From a virus, in the IMG/VR virus record IMGVR_UViG_3300036770_003135, positions 38,793-102,792 of that record: a stretch of 64,000 nt of DNA. One strand, 5' to 3'. Shown piece after piece: positions 49,667 through 60,047 of this stretch; position 1 is the first letter of the stretch, and each line of letters opens with the position of its first letter. The translations under genes were made by a program, and so were the position numbers. The notes beneath the pieces were generated by a model. It was not told the DNA's origin. It did no database searches and worked only from the letters and a program-made list of their open reading frames with translations.

Positions 49667-50311
49667 TTATATATATCTGTTTTTATTTGTATTATAATTT
49701 TGTAAGATTTCTGTTTGTGTTAATGCTCTACTATAAAATCTAAATAGTGATAAATTTATAGGGGCATAAAAAATATTATTAAAATTAGCTAAAGTTAAAA
49801 AACCTCCAGGTAATGTAGTACCTACCAATGGCGTAGAATTTTTAAGTTCACCATTTACATATATTAGTCTATCAGTTGATGTAAACTGACACACTATATG
49901 ATAGTATGTATTTAGTGTTGGAATAACACCTGAACTCATAATATTACCATTCATACTAAAAACAATTGTTTGGTCACTCCAAATTCCACTCCAATAATCA
50001 CCACTTTGAATTTTACCAACAACAACAAATGTAGATGAAATATTCCTATAACTCACCCAATACTCAAACGTCATAGTAGTTGAGTCAGTTTCTAAAGTAG
50101 TTAATACAAAATCATTAATACCATCAAATACAATATTTCCACTATTTAATGTACTAAATGTTGGTCCATTTGTTAAAGTTCCAATATATCCACTTTTACT
50201 TAAATCAGTCCAAGTAGTCCCAGTTGTAGGATATGACTTTATATTAGCAGCATCTAAATAAAGTACTAAATTATCTGTTATTACATTACCACCACCTTCT
50301 GTTGTACTCAT
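49667..50311 (-). CDS. LamG/concanavalin A-like lectin domain protein, paralog 1
   Basis: LVLYLDAAN...W.DLS...FDG.ND...YVNG...RALT..EILQNY. Confidence 0.85.
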   Translation of the reverse strand: MSTTEGGGNVITDNLVLYLDAANIKSYPTTGTTWTDLSKSGYIGTLTNGPTFSTLNSGNIVFDGINDFVLTTLETDSTTMTFEYWVSYRNISSTFVVVGKIQSGDYWSGIWSDQTIVFSMNGNIMSSGVIPTLNTYYHIVCQFTSTDRLIYVNGELKNSTPLVGTTLPGGFLTLANFNNIFYAPINLSLFRFYSRALTQTEILQNYNTNKNRYI

Positions 50312-51033
50312 AATCCGTATCTTGATTTTGTTGCATTATAGTTTTGAAGAATTTCTTGGTCTGAAAGTAATCTAAAATACATTTGAGTCATACTTATTCT
50401 TCCATTAAAAACTAAATTTGGTGTTACATTATCCGCTTCTTGATAACTCCCAATTCTAAAATTGTTTGTTGATAAAAAATCTAAACCATTCCATTGAGAG
50501 ATTGTTGCGGTGGTTGTTAAAGTTTGGTCTACTCCATTTACGTATATTTTTATTGCTGATGCCCTATCAACTAAAAAAGTAATCATATACCATACCCCAT
50601 TTGTTAATGATAAAGTGGTATATGGATTTACATCAGCACCACCATTACCTTGGATAAAAAAACCAACTCTACTTAAAGTATCTACTAAAATTGCATATCT
50701 ATAATTTTGTACATCAAATATTGTTTTTGAAAGAGTGGAAGATAAAGAAGCTGAAGAATTAATATAAATCCATTGATTTATAGTACAACTACTAGTTCTT
50801 AAATTAAGAATATTACCAAAACTTGAAGAGTCATTCGTACCATCAAATACAATACTACCCCCATCATTAGAATTAAATATTGGTCCATTAATTAAAGTCC
50901 CACTATAACGATTATAACTAAGATCTCTCCATATTGTTCCTGTACCTGAATAAGAATCTTTTTTTGCGGCATCAACAAATAAAGCTAATCCATTAGTTAC
51001 AATATTTCCATAATAAGTAATTCTAGCACTCAT
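50308..51033 (-). CDS. LamG/concanavalin A-like lectin domain protein, paralog 2
   Basis: Same motif set; ATGA overlap with the neighbouring gene. Confidence 0.85.
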   Translation of the reverse strand: MSARITYYGNIVTNGLALFVDAAKKDSYSGTGTIWRDLSYNRYSGTLINGPIFNSNDGGSIVFDGTNDSSSFGNILNLRTSSCTINQWIYINSSASLSSTLSKTIFDVQNYRYAILVDTLSRVGFFIQGNGGADVNPYTTLSLTNGVWYMITFLVDRASAIKIYVNGVDQTLTTTATISQWNGLDFLSTNNFRIGSYQEADNVTPNLVFNGRISMTQMYFRLLSDQEILQNYNATKSRYGL

Positions 51034-51764
51034 AATAAACTTAATCTCGATTTAATTGCATTATAGTTCTGAAGAACTTCTGTGGCTGTTAACGCTCTAT
51101 TATAAAACATAACATTAAACATATTACCTTTAAACCATCCATTATATCCCGTATTAATTCTAGCCCCAACTGTAAAATCAGATGTTAAAGGATTAGAGTT
51201 TAAAGTAATACCGGCCTTTTCATCTACCATAACTCCATTAACATAAAGTCTAGCATTTGTAGAATTTACTGTTGCTGTAAAAACATTAAAAGTATTTAAT
51301 ATTGTTCTTGAATTTATTACCGATGTTGTTCCACCAAGACCATTAAAAAACTCACAATACACACTTTCAATAACACCATTTCTCCCAAGATAAAATGCTA
51401 ATTTTCTATACCCATTTCCCAACTGGTATCTATCTATTGCAACTAATGGTGCCCATGAAAAACCACCACTTGGATTACTAAAACCAGTACAAAAACAAGC
51501 AAAACTCATCGTTACTGTTGTTGCAGTTCTAAATAATTGTTCCCCAGCTGTTCCGTAATTTACATAATCATCAATACCATCAAATACAATTGAACCCAAT
51601 CTTGAACTATTAAATGTCGGTCCGTTTGTTAAAGCCCCATTGTATTGATTAATTGTTAAATCATTCCAACTTAATCCTGTTGTTGGATATGAACGAGTAT
51701 TTCCAGCATCTAAATACAATACTAAACCATTGGTAACCACACGAGGACTAAAATTAAATGCCAT
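51030..51764 (-). CDS. LamG/concanavalin A-like lectin domain protein, paralog 3
   Basis: Same motif set; ATGA overlap. Confidence 0.85.
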   Translation of the reverse strand: MAFNFSPRVVTNGLVLYLDAGNTRSYPTTGLSWNDLTINQYNGALTNGPTFNSSRLGSIVFDGIDDYVNYGTAGEQLFRTATTVTMSFACFCTGFSNPSGGFSWAPLVAIDRYQLGNGYRKLAFYLGRNGVIESVYCEFFNGLGGTTSVINSRTILNTFNVFTATVNSTNARLYVNGVMVDEKAGITLNSNPLTSDFTVGARINTGYNGWFKGNMFNVMFYNRALTATEVLQNYNAIKSRLSLL

Positions 51765-51765
51765 A

Positions 51766-53097
51766 TTAAATACTTCTAATTATTGTTTTAACTATCCATC
51801 CCGTAGTTGTTGCGGAACTTCTCAAAATTGCATTACCACCTGAAAGTGTCACATTGAATGATACACCTGTTGTTGTGCCAACATCAAGTGTACTTGTATC
51901 AGTGTATTGAACATTACTACCGACCCAAATACTTGTAAAAGTACCAGCTCTCGCATTTACATTATCCGTAGTTGCTAAAGTATAATCAACAAACACTCCA
52001 GTATATGCACTAGTTGGAATTGAATAAATTTGATTTTGACCTATGGTTAATGATGTTCTTTTAGTCGTAAATAAAGCAGGAGATAAATAACTACCAAGTA
52101 CAATTGTGTTATCTGAAAAAACTTCTAATATCGGTAAACCTGAAATATCATTAACACTAAATAATGAACCAATTAAACTATCAGTTACTGAAAACAATTC
52201 TCCACTTGAACCTTGAACTGTAAATAATGGAGAGGTTGAACCTGAACCAATTATAGTAAGTATATTTTGTGCTGAACCTGAAATCAAACCCGACGTACCT
52301 GTAAAACCTCTTAAAGTTGTATTACCAGTAACAGATAAATTACCATTGATAGTTAATCCAGTTACAGTATTAAATAAAGTTGAAAATGTTCCTCCAGTAT
52401 TATTTGTAAATGTAAATGTATTATTATTATAACTTGCCCCAGTTACAAAAACATCTGTTGACGATGATGTACCACCTGTAGTAAATCCTGTAACACTAAA
52501 TGTTCCACCAGTATTATTAGTGAATGTTGCAGTACCATTTGAGTTATTATAAGTTCCACCTGTTACAAATACATCAAATCCAGAAGTTCCACCTGTGGTA
52601 AAACCACTCACGTTAAATGTTCCACCAGTATTATTAGTGAATGTCGCTGTACCATTAGAATATGTACCACCTGTTACAAATATATCAGTTGGTAAATTTT
52701 GATATGTTGTTGCAGAAATAGTATTAGCCGTTAAACCATTAGTGAAATTTGTCTCCCCACTTACAGTTCCACCTGTAAAAGTTCCACCACCACTTGTAAA
52801 TCCTGATATATTAAAAGACCCTCCACTTGTATTTGAGAATGTAACTATACCAGTATTACTATCATAAGTTCCACCAGTAACAAAATAATCACTAAATCCT
52901 GATACACTAATACTACCATTAATAGCATTACTCAATGTGAGTGTTTCAGCATTTTTATCAAACGTTCCACCAGTTAATGGGAGTATATCAGTGAATTGAG
53001 GATAAACTTTCCAATAAGTTCCAGTATAAATCCAATTTAATCCATTGTAACTATATATTTGATTGACTGTTGCACCAGTTGGAAAATTAATTGTCAT
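51766..53097 (-). CDS. Gly/Thr-rich tail fibre protein
   Basis: N-terminal INFP...W.Y.G..W module; repeated DVFVTGGTY...FTNNTGGTF. Confidence 0.75.
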   Translation of the reverse strand: MTINFPTGATVNQIYSYNGLNWIYTGTYWKVYPQFTDILPLTGGTFDKNAETLTLSNAINGSISVSGFSDYFVTGGTYDSNTGIVTFSNTSGGSFNISGFTSGGGTFTGGTVSGETNFTNGLTANTISATTYQNLPTDIFVTGGTYSNGTATFTNNTGGTFNVSGFTTGGTSGFDVFVTGGTYNNSNGTATFTNNTGGTFSVTGFTTGGTSSSTDVFVTGASYNNNTFTFTNNTGGTFSTLFNTVTGLTINGNLSVTGNTTLRGFTGTSGLISGSAQNILTIIGSGSTSPLFTVQGSSGELFSVTDSLIGSLFSVNDISGLPILEVFSDNTIVLGSYLSPALFTTKRTSLTIGQNQIYSIPTSAYTGVFVDYTLATTDNVNARAGTFTSIWVGSNVQYTDTSTLDVGTTTGVSFNVTLSGGNAILRSSATTTGWIVKTIIRSI

Positions 53098-53124
53098 TTT
53101 AAAATTATTTAATTATAAATATTA

Positions 53125-53898
53125 TTATAACCCATATTTAGATTTTGTGGCATTAAAATTTGTGGATATCTCAATTGGGGATAATCCTTTTGTATAAAAG
53201 TAACATGCCCCAATTTTACCATCTAAATATTGAATCAGTCCAAGACCAGCTAATGGTGCGGGCATATATCCTAATGTCAATGGATTAGATTCGTTATAAC
53301 TATCTATACCATGAAAATTACTTGTATATTGAGTATCATTAATATAAACTTTAGTACTACCTACGGTATTTGTTATTTGTGAAATGAATGTAAACAAATA
53401 CCAAGTATTCAATGAAATACCTGATGTTGATACTGATGTCTTTTGTACACTTGTACCATTTGTTGCAACAACAGTTTGATTATTGATATTAATACCACCA
53501 AAATAACCATCAAATGCGAAACCACTTGACAATTTACTAAATAGTATTGAACGATTAGAACCAATTGGACTACTATCAAATTTAACCCATATTTGAATTG
53601 TTTTTTGAATGGTTGTACTTAAACTCAAGTTAATATTATGAGGAATACTTATAGTGTCATTAATACCATCAAAATCAAAAATGCCACCATCTGTTGGTGA
53701 CCAAGTTGCTCCAAGTATTGTTCCATTATTACCATTAATTGTTTCATCCAACCATTGGCCACTACCTAAATAGTTGGTAGCATCCAATTTCATAAATAAG
53801 TTATCAGTTACAATGTTTGAAGGTTGTACTGATGGGGTATCAAAATTAATTAAAATACCATTAAAATCAATTAGTGTATTATTAAAAGAAACTAACAT
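53125..53898 (-). CDS. LamG/concanavalin A-like lectin domain protein, paralog 4
   Basis: LDATNY...FDFDG.ND...NTWY...KVYIN...NFNATKSKYGL. Confidence 0.85.
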   Translation of the reverse strand: MLVSFNNTLIDFNGILINFDTPSVQPSNIVTDNLFMKLDATNYLGSGQWLDETINGNNGTILGATWSPTDGGIFDFDGINDTISIPHNINLSLSTTIQKTIQIWVKFDSSPIGSNRSILFSKLSSGFAFDGYFGGININNQTVVATNGTSVQKTSVSTSGISLNTWYLFTFISQITNTVGSTKVYINDTQYTSNFHGIDSYNESNPLTLGYMPAPLAGLGLIQYLDGKIGACYFYTKGLSPIEISTNFNATKSKYGL

Positions 53899-53943
53899 AT
53901 ATAATAAATACTATACATATTATATATGGAATAATTTAAAGAA

Positions 53944-54618
53944 CTAATTTATTTTTCTTTTAAATCCATAAGCAATGATATTGAACGCATCTAAACCTAC
54001 TGATAGATTGTCATCAATTTCAAAAACTAATTTATTGTTAGTTCCGTTTTTGAGTCTTAAGCCATAACTAAATCCAAAAATTGTGTTAAAATTTAACACA
54101 GGTATAATTGCGTCGGCATTTGTACCTACAGCATCTGGTAAAAAGAATGGGTTAAACGTAGCACCCCCAGCGGTAAATCTCGAACCAAACGATGGATTAC
54201 CAACACATAAACGAATTAAATCAAAATTTGTTTTTAGTGTTGTGCCAATATTTATTTCACCATTTTCATCTTCATAATATAATCTACATCCATTTGTTAA
54301 TGCTGCTAAATCACCAAAGGTATTAAGTGAATTATCGGTATTAGTGTCGGCTAAAAGTATTGATAAATTGGTTACATATATATCAAAATTTTTTTCACCT
54401 TGTATATAAAATAATTGAGGTGTTACCACACCATTAACTCTCATATCACTTGTTACTCCATCACCATTGAGAGTTAAAAATTCTCTATAAATAATTTGTA
54501 AATCTCTATCATCATTTGATGGGAATGATGATGATTGAACACGTAAGTATCCACCATCCTCTATTTTGGCAAATACTCCTTTTCCAGTTCCATCTATTAT
54601 TTTATTTGTTACTGACAT
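53944..54618 (-). CDS. DGTG-family paralog 5 (divergent C-terminal domain)
   Basis: N-terminal IIDGTGKGVFAKI. Confidence 0.75.
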   Translation of the reverse strand: MSVTNKIIDGTGKGVFAKIEDGGYLRVQSSSFPSNDDRDLQIIYREFLTLNGDGVTSDMRVNGVVTPQLFYIQGEKNFDIYVTNLSILLADTNTDNSLNTFGDLAALTNGCRLYYEDENGEINIGTTLKTNFDLIRLCVGNPSFGSRFTAGGATFNPFFLPDAVGTNADAIIPVLNFNTIFGFSYGLRLKNGTNNKLVFEIDDNLSVGLDAFNIIAYGFKRKIN

Positions 54619-55208
54619 TAATCTTCTTCTATTACATAAACGTTTAGTCCCACGGCAACTTGTATTGAAGTGTTACCCAATGGGGTGACAAAAGAAATCC
54701 CCAAAGAAGAACCTTTAGGTATTATTACAACAGAATCAACAAATAATTGGTCTTGTAGACGTACAACAGGTGAACCAAATACTTCTGAGGTTGATGTGAA
54801 TGATGCTCCATTTTGTCCTATTTCAGTTGTTACATCTAAAGTATTAGAAGAACCAAAATTTAGATTTCTAGGTGTTACAGAATTTCCACTACCACTTGTC
54901 ATACTAATTGGATTCCTATAGAAAACAAAACGTCCATGAGTTTCTGTTGTACCACTACTGCTTTTACAATTTAAATTAAATCTAACAACTGACAAATCAT
55001 TATCACCATCATTTTTAAGAAATAATATTCCACTAGTACTACTAGATGCTGTTAATGTTATATAACCAGAATTTACTGTATAAGCATAACCAAATGATGA
55101 TGCGTTTGCATATGTATCTCTATCAATTGAATCTACATGTAATCTATTTGTAGCATCAACTTTAGCTGTAAATCCTTTACCAGTCCCATCCGTTAATTCA
55201 AATCCCAT
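54618..55208 (-). CDS. DGTG-family paralog 4
   Basis: LTDGTGKGFTAKVDATNRL; NLNFGSSN. Confidence 0.75.
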   Translation of the reverse strand: MGFELTDGTGKGFTAKVDATNRLHVDSIDRDTYANASSFGYAYTVNSGYITLTASSSTSGILFLKNDGDNDLSVVRFNLNCKSSSGTTETHGRFVFYRNPISMTSGSGNSVTPRNLNFGSSNTLDVTTEIGQNGASFTSTSEVFGSPVVRLQDQLFVDSVVIIPKGSSLGISFVTPLGNTSIQVAVGLNVYVIEED

Positions 55209-55234
55209 ATTTTAATTATTTTTTTATATTTTTA

Positions 55235-55822
55235 TTATTCAAAATAAGCTTCAACTTCACAAGTCAAATTAAATGTTACACCATTTGGTGCTTGACAAAC
55301 AACTGCTAAAGAGTTTCCTTTTTCCAATGCAACAGCACCATTCCACATAAACATTAACATTTGTTGATTACCAACACCCAAATAATGTCTTCCCCATACA
55401 CTACCATTAGTTATTGTTAAGTTAGTCCCATTCCCTTGATAAGCCACCCCCTCAAAATCATTAGAACTACCAAAATTTATATTTTCAATTGTTGCTGTAA
55501 TACCAGATGTGATTAATGTACCTAAAGTTGGATTTTTATACATTGTAATTCTAGTAAATTGACTCGCTGTCCCAGACCATAATTTTATATGATGTATTAA
55601 CATTTTTTTGTCTGAATTATTTTTAACATATAATACACCATCATCTTGTCCTGTAACTCCAGTAAAAGATAGATAATCAGTTGTTATAACAAAAGTATTA
55701 CCAACTTCAACTGAATTATACACTGCCCTTTCTTCAGTAATACTATCAACCAATATTCTATTAAGATTTGTTACTTTCGCCTTTAAACTTGTGCCTGTAC
55801 CATCTTGTATTTGAAATCCCAT
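55235..55822 (-). CDS. DGTG-family paralog 3
   Basis: IQDGTGTSLKAKV; NINFGSSN. Confidence 0.75.
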   Translation of the reverse strand: MGFQIQDGTGTSLKAKVTNLNRILVDSITEERAVYNSVEVGNTFVITTDYLSFTGVTGQDDGVLYVKNNSDKKMLIHHIKLWSGTASQFTRITMYKNPTLGTLITSGITATIENINFGSSNDFEGVAYQGNGTNLTITNGSVWGRHYLGVGNQQMLMFMWNGAVALEKGNSLAVVCQAPNGVTFNLTCEVEAYFE

Positions 55823-55834
55823 TTTTTATTTTAT

Positions 55835-56428
55835 TTATAAACTATTATTATTTAAATATACTTGAAACCCCGTATAAACATCATTTGATGTTAATCCATA
55901 GTGTTGATAAGTAACAACAACAGAACTCCCTTTTTTCATTGATAGTTGTACTGTACCAAAATTTCTTTGGTCATTACCTTGTGTCTGATATAAAATTGGG
56001 GTAGTTGTAAAACCTGAAACTGTAAACCCATCTCCACCTTTTTTAACTACAGCTTGTAATTCATTTGATGAACCTATTAATCTATTTACAGGTGTAACAT
56101 CAGTACCTGAACTAATTATAGTGCCTGAACTTGGATTAGTGTAAACTCTCATTAATGATAATCTAGTTGCTGTTCCAGAATCAGCATCAGTGCCAATAAA
56201 CCAAGCGGATAAAATTAACTCAGTATCTTCATTATTCTTTAAATATAATAATGGAGTTTCCGTTGAACCTGTTATTGTTATAAATTCAGTGTTAATATTA
56301 TACGCATTGCCAATTCTCGTAGCATTATCAAATTCACTTTCAGTTATAGATTTTGAATATATTCTATTTTCAGAATCTATTTTAACTTTATATTTTGTTC
56401 CAGTTCCATCTTGAATTGTTGTTGCCAT
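55835..56428 (-). CDS. DGTG-family paralog 2
   Basis: IQDGTGTKYKVKI; NRLIGSSN. Confidence 0.75.
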   Translation of the reverse strand: MATTIQDGTGTKYKVKIDSENRIYSKSITESEFDNATRIGNAYNINTEFITITGSTETPLLYLKNNEDTELILSAWFIGTDADSGTATRLSLMRVYTNPSSGTIISSGTDVTPVNRLIGSSNELQAVVKKGGDGFTVSGFTTTPILYQTQGNDQRNFGTVQLSMKKGSSVVVTYQHYGLTSNDVYTGFQVYLNNNSL

Positions 56429-56432
56429 ATAT

Positions 56433-57026
56433 TTAATTATTTTCTAATTTTGATACTGTAAGACTAAAACTCACAGGCATTTGTACATTTCCTGATGGTG
56501 GAGTTACAGCTAATAAAATACCAACACCTTTGGGAAATACCAAATTGGATGTAATTTGATTATAGACATTCACAGGAAAAGCTAACTGAAAGCTAGGTGT
56601 TAATCCAGTGAAACCCCCAGCACCAGTTGGTGAACCATATTTAAAAGTTCCACTTAACTGATTTGAACTTCCAAAGTTGGTATTTAAAGGATTAAAATCA
56701 ACCCAAGTACCCGTTAAGGAAGATTCACTAATATTTGTATATACGTTCACCAAAAAATTTTGAAATGTTGCACCTGAAGCCCATCTGGCTTGAGATGAAA
56801 AAGTTTTAGTAAATAACGATACACTTTCTTCAGATTTAAAATAAAGAATACCATTAGCAGTGTCAGCTGTTTGGGTTAAATATGGAGTACCAATAACATA
56901 GGTTTCACCTTTAGTCGCCCCCTCTAATGCTGAGTCTTCTACTACGGCTCTAACCTCAAGTCGATTTGAACTATCAACTCTAGCATTAAAACCTTTACCT
57001 GTTCCATCTTCTATAATTGTTGCCAT
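56433..57026 (-). CDS. DGTG-family paralog 1
   Basis: IEDGTGKGFNARV; NTNFGSSN. Confidence 0.75.
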   Translation of the reverse strand: MATIIEDGTGKGFNARVDSSNRLEVRAVVEDSALEGATKGETYVIGTPYLTQTADTANGILYFKSEESVSLFTKTFSSQARWASGATFQNFLVNVYTNISESSLTGTWVDFNPLNTNFGSSNQLSGTFKYGSPTGAGGFTGLTPSFQLAFPVNVYNQITSNLVFPKGVGILLAVTPPSGNVQMPVSFSLTVSKLENN

Positions 57027-57035
57027 AATTTTTTT

Positions 57036-57260
57036 TTAATCTATTTCATCATTTTCAAAAATATTATCATCAATAATAAAATCATTTTCGTGTGATTTAT
57101 ACATATTATTAATTCTTAATTGATGTATCATTTTTTGTAATTGGGTTGATTGGTCGTACATTTGAATACTTTGATTTAATAAAGTATTGTTGATAGTATC
57201 CAAACTTAGATTTATTGCGTCTAATCTTATAAATTGTTTATTTATTATTTGTGTAGCCAT
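57036..57260 (-). CDS. Small coiled-coil hypothetical protein
   Basis: 74-aa ORF within the operon. Confidence 0.7.
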   Translation of the reverse strand: MATQIINKQFIRLDAINLSLDTINNTLLNQSIQMYDQSTQLQKMIHQLRINNMYKSHENDFIIDDNIFENDEID

Positions 57261-57270
57261 TATTATATAA

Positions 57271-57609
57271 TTATCGTTTAGCTAATAATTTTATTATAAT
57301 TATACCATTATTTGTGATTTTAAAATTAACTCTAATATATTTTCCACTATACACTCCTTTGTCAATGATAAAATTTCCAGTACCTATTGGTAAAAGATAA
57401 TTTTCACTTAGTTCAGTCCAATTTGTTCCATCATTACTTTGTTCTATTATAAATTCATTTTCACCTTGAATATTAGTATAATTAAATTGTATTGAAATTG
57501 TCATATACTTAGATAATTCAGAACTTGTAAAAGCTGTAATGCCATTACTTAAATCGTAACTATTTGCTATTGTTTCTTCTAAAAAATTTTTTTCTGGTAA
57601 AAAAGCCAT
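57271..57609 (-). CDS. Small beta-sandwich structural protein
   Basis: IEQSNDGTNWTEL...KYIRV pattern. Confidence 0.65.
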   Translation of the reverse strand: MAFLPEKNFLEETIANSYDLSNGITAFTSSELSKYMTISIQFNYTNIQGENEFIIEQSNDGTNWTELSENYLLPIGTGNFIIDKGVYSGKYIRVNFKITNNGIIIIKLLAKR

Positions 57610-57636
57610 TTTATTTTTTTTATAAATATCTTTTTA

Positions 57637-58344
57637 TTACATTTGTAACCAAGTTCCTAATCCTGTATTAAATATTATTAGTGCCCCACCATCAGCTTGT
57701 AATATAACACTATTAGAATTTTCAGTAGAAATTATCGTATCACTACCTATTGATTGTATAGTTATATTCTTATTATATGAATTAAGTCCAATATCTTTAA
57801 TATCATATCTTAATCTGCCACTTGATACTGAATCTGGTAAATAAATAGTAGTCGCAGATATAGAAGAATCAACACCCAAAACATTATCAGTAGTTAACGC
57901 TGAATATGTTGCACCTGAAACATAAGTGTAATTATTTCCAAACGTATTTATATCACGATATTCAATATCTCCAGATATTTCATTTCTTCCTAAAATTTGA
58001 ATTAATGAATTATTTTGATTTGGTGTTGTTGAAATATTGATTGTTGTTGCTGTTAATTCTTCTAATAAAGTATCACCAGTAACAGATAATGCTGTTGTAC
58101 CACTTATAGTAATATCACCAAAAAAATTAAAATCCCCAGTAACAGTATCTCCAGTTCTATTAATTCTGTCCCAACCTATTTCTCTTACCTCAGTAGCCCC
58201 AGTAGTACCTGAAGTAAAAATTGTATATAATTTAGCATCAGCAGTATTTAAAGCTAATTCACCAATAGTTAAACCACTAATTGGGGGTATTTTGTCAGGT
58301 ACATTTGACCTTTTAATTAAAAAGGTATTTTGTCTATTTGCCAT
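57637..58344 (-). CDS. Fibre protein with a long-tail-fibre-type N-terminal attachment domain
   Basis: IKRSNVPDKIP...LTIGELALNTADAKLY; C-terminal TIYLP...IKD module. Confidence 0.75.
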   Translation of the reverse strand: MANRQNTFLIKRSNVPDKIPPISGLTIGELALNTADAKLYTIFTSGTTGATEVREIGWDRINRTGDTVTGDFNFFGDITISGTTALSVTGDTLLEELTATTINISTTPNQNNSLIQILGRNEISGDIEYRDINTFGNNYTYVSGATYSALTTDNVLGVDSSISATTIYLPDSVSSGRLRYDIKDIGLNSYNKNITIQSIGSDTIISTENSNSVILQADGGALIIFNTGLGTWLQM

Positions 58345-58400
58345 ATTTATGACATTAATTTTAATGGTTATATAACCTAATAATAAATATGATATAAATT

Positions 58401-58426
58401 AAAAAAGGAAGGTAAACCCTTCCTTT
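58401..58426 (-). terminator. Intrinsic terminator
   Basis: AAAGGAAGG stem pairing with CCTTCCTTT, T-run on the minus strand. Confidence 0.75.
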
Positions 58427-58448
58427 AATAATATAATTCTCTAATATG

Positions 58449-60017
58449 TTAATAAGACCCTCCATCTAATACATCAAATTCGGCTAATACTCTAACACCA
58501 TTGATATCTCCAGCTGAGCCACCATCTGTAATATCAGTACTTCTAATTACTATATCATTTAATTGTGTAATCCAACCTCTATTAGCATAACCCGTAAGTC
58601 CTGTATATTCAGTTACACTTGGAATTTCATTTGATGTTAAACCTGTTAGATTTTGCATCCTTACAATATCTAAATTAACGTCACCTGAAGATACACCATT
58701 ACCATCTTGAATAGTAAATCCTGCATTTACTGAAGTCACCGTTGTACTTCCAGTTGGATTGTAATTTAAAGTAATATTTGCATCTTCAACATAAAGATTT
58801 GACGTGAAGGCTGAAATGGATTGACCAAACACAGTAAGGTCACCTTGAATTACAACATTACCACTAGCTTCAATATTTTCAACACCTAATATATTATTTC
58901 CTTGGTCATATGTAAATCCAGCTTCGTCAGTTAACAATCCTCCAGCACCAACATATACAACTCTACCTTGTGTTAAGTTTGAAAACGATAAACCTGAAAC
59001 AGTATTAATTTGAGCTGGGAATGAACCACCATCGTTATCTGTTATAGTAAATGTATTATTACTTGGATTGTAACTAAAACCAGTTACAGCGACATCAGTA
59101 AGACCTGTTATAGTAACGTTAACATTATCATTTCTTGTTAGTACCAATGTTCCATCAGGACCAATATATGAAATTGTACCACCAGTTACAAATGTGTCAT
59201 TAACATCAATATTAGATAAATCAACACTATATGTGACACCATCATTTCGACTAAAATCAATTGAAGTTGTCCCTGAATTGTATGTTCCACCAGTAGTAAA
59301 TGTGTTTTGTGTATTTATTGTATATGTACCAGGAATTGGTGTTCCGTGGTATAATAAAGTTGAAGTTTGGGTATTTGTATTATTCGTTGCACTTGTTAAA
59401 GTTGAACCCGTTACATAAACATCGTTTACCAAACTATAACCAGTAAGTGAAGAATAATTAATAATTTCATTAACATTAGAACCAGTTGCAACAACATTAT
59501 AAAGACCAGTACCTGTTATAGTTAAATTATTAACAGTTTCAGTTCCTGTCACAAATAAATCACCATTAATTGTAAGAGCTGTAAATGAATCAATAGTTAC
59601 TGGAACATCAGGTTTTCCATTATTTAATTTAATCGTTAAAACATTTGGACTCCATGTTGCTCCTGTAGTATACGAATCAACAGATGCTGCAATATCTGTA
59701 ATATCCGCCAAAACAAATCCAGTTGATGTACCTGATAAGAATTTACCAACAAGTCCAATACCTGAAATATTTTGATATTGTGTTATTTGATTTCTTAGTC
59801 TTAAATCATAAAGATTAGAACCAACTTCAAAAAACGTAGCATTACCACCAATACCTGCGGGAGTCCAATCATTTGTACCACTAGTTACACCAGAAAACAT
59901 TAATATACCTGATGCTGTATTTACTATTGGTTCACCAACAAGTAGTGATGTACCTGAAAATGGTGCGGCACTATTTTGATTATTTTTTATCTGAAATCTT
60001 GTTTGTCTAATTGCCAT
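58449..60017 (-). CDS. Tail fibre protein
   Basis: LLVGEPIVNTASG N-terminal domain, TGGT repeats, VEDANITLN, C-terminal LDGGSY. Confidence 0.75.
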   Translation of the reverse strand: MAIRQTRFQIKNNQNSAAPFSGTSLLVGEPIVNTASGILMFSGVTSGTNDWTPAGIGGNATFFEVGSNLYDLRLRNQITQYQNISGIGLVGKFLSGTSTGFVLADITDIAASVDSYTTGATWSPNVLTIKLNNGKPDVPVTIDSFTALTINGDLFVTGTETVNNLTITGTGLYNVVATGSNVNEIINYSSLTGYSLVNDVYVTGSTLTSATNNTNTQTSTLLYHGTPIPGTYTINTQNTFTTGGTYNSGTTSIDFSRNDGVTYSVDLSNIDVNDTFVTGGTISYIGPDGTLVLTRNDNVNVTITGLTDVAVTGFSYNPSNNTFTITDNDGGSFPAQINTVSGLSFSNLTQGRVVYVGAGGLLTDEAGFTYDQGNNILGVENIEASGNVVIQGDLTVFGQSISAFTSNLYVEDANITLNYNPTGSTTVTSVNAGFTIQDGNGVSSGDVNLDIVRMQNLTGLTSNEIPSVTEYTGLTGYANRGWITQLNDIVIRSTDITDGGSAGDINGVRVLAEFDVLDGGSY

Positions 60018-60047
60018 CTTTTGTTTTTTTATATAAATATTTTATTT

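Noticed and set aside
49667-57026. Paralog arrays as targets of a diversity-generating retroelement
   Set aside because: No reverse transcriptase in the window, and no near-identical TR/VR pair with adenine-specific differences was seen
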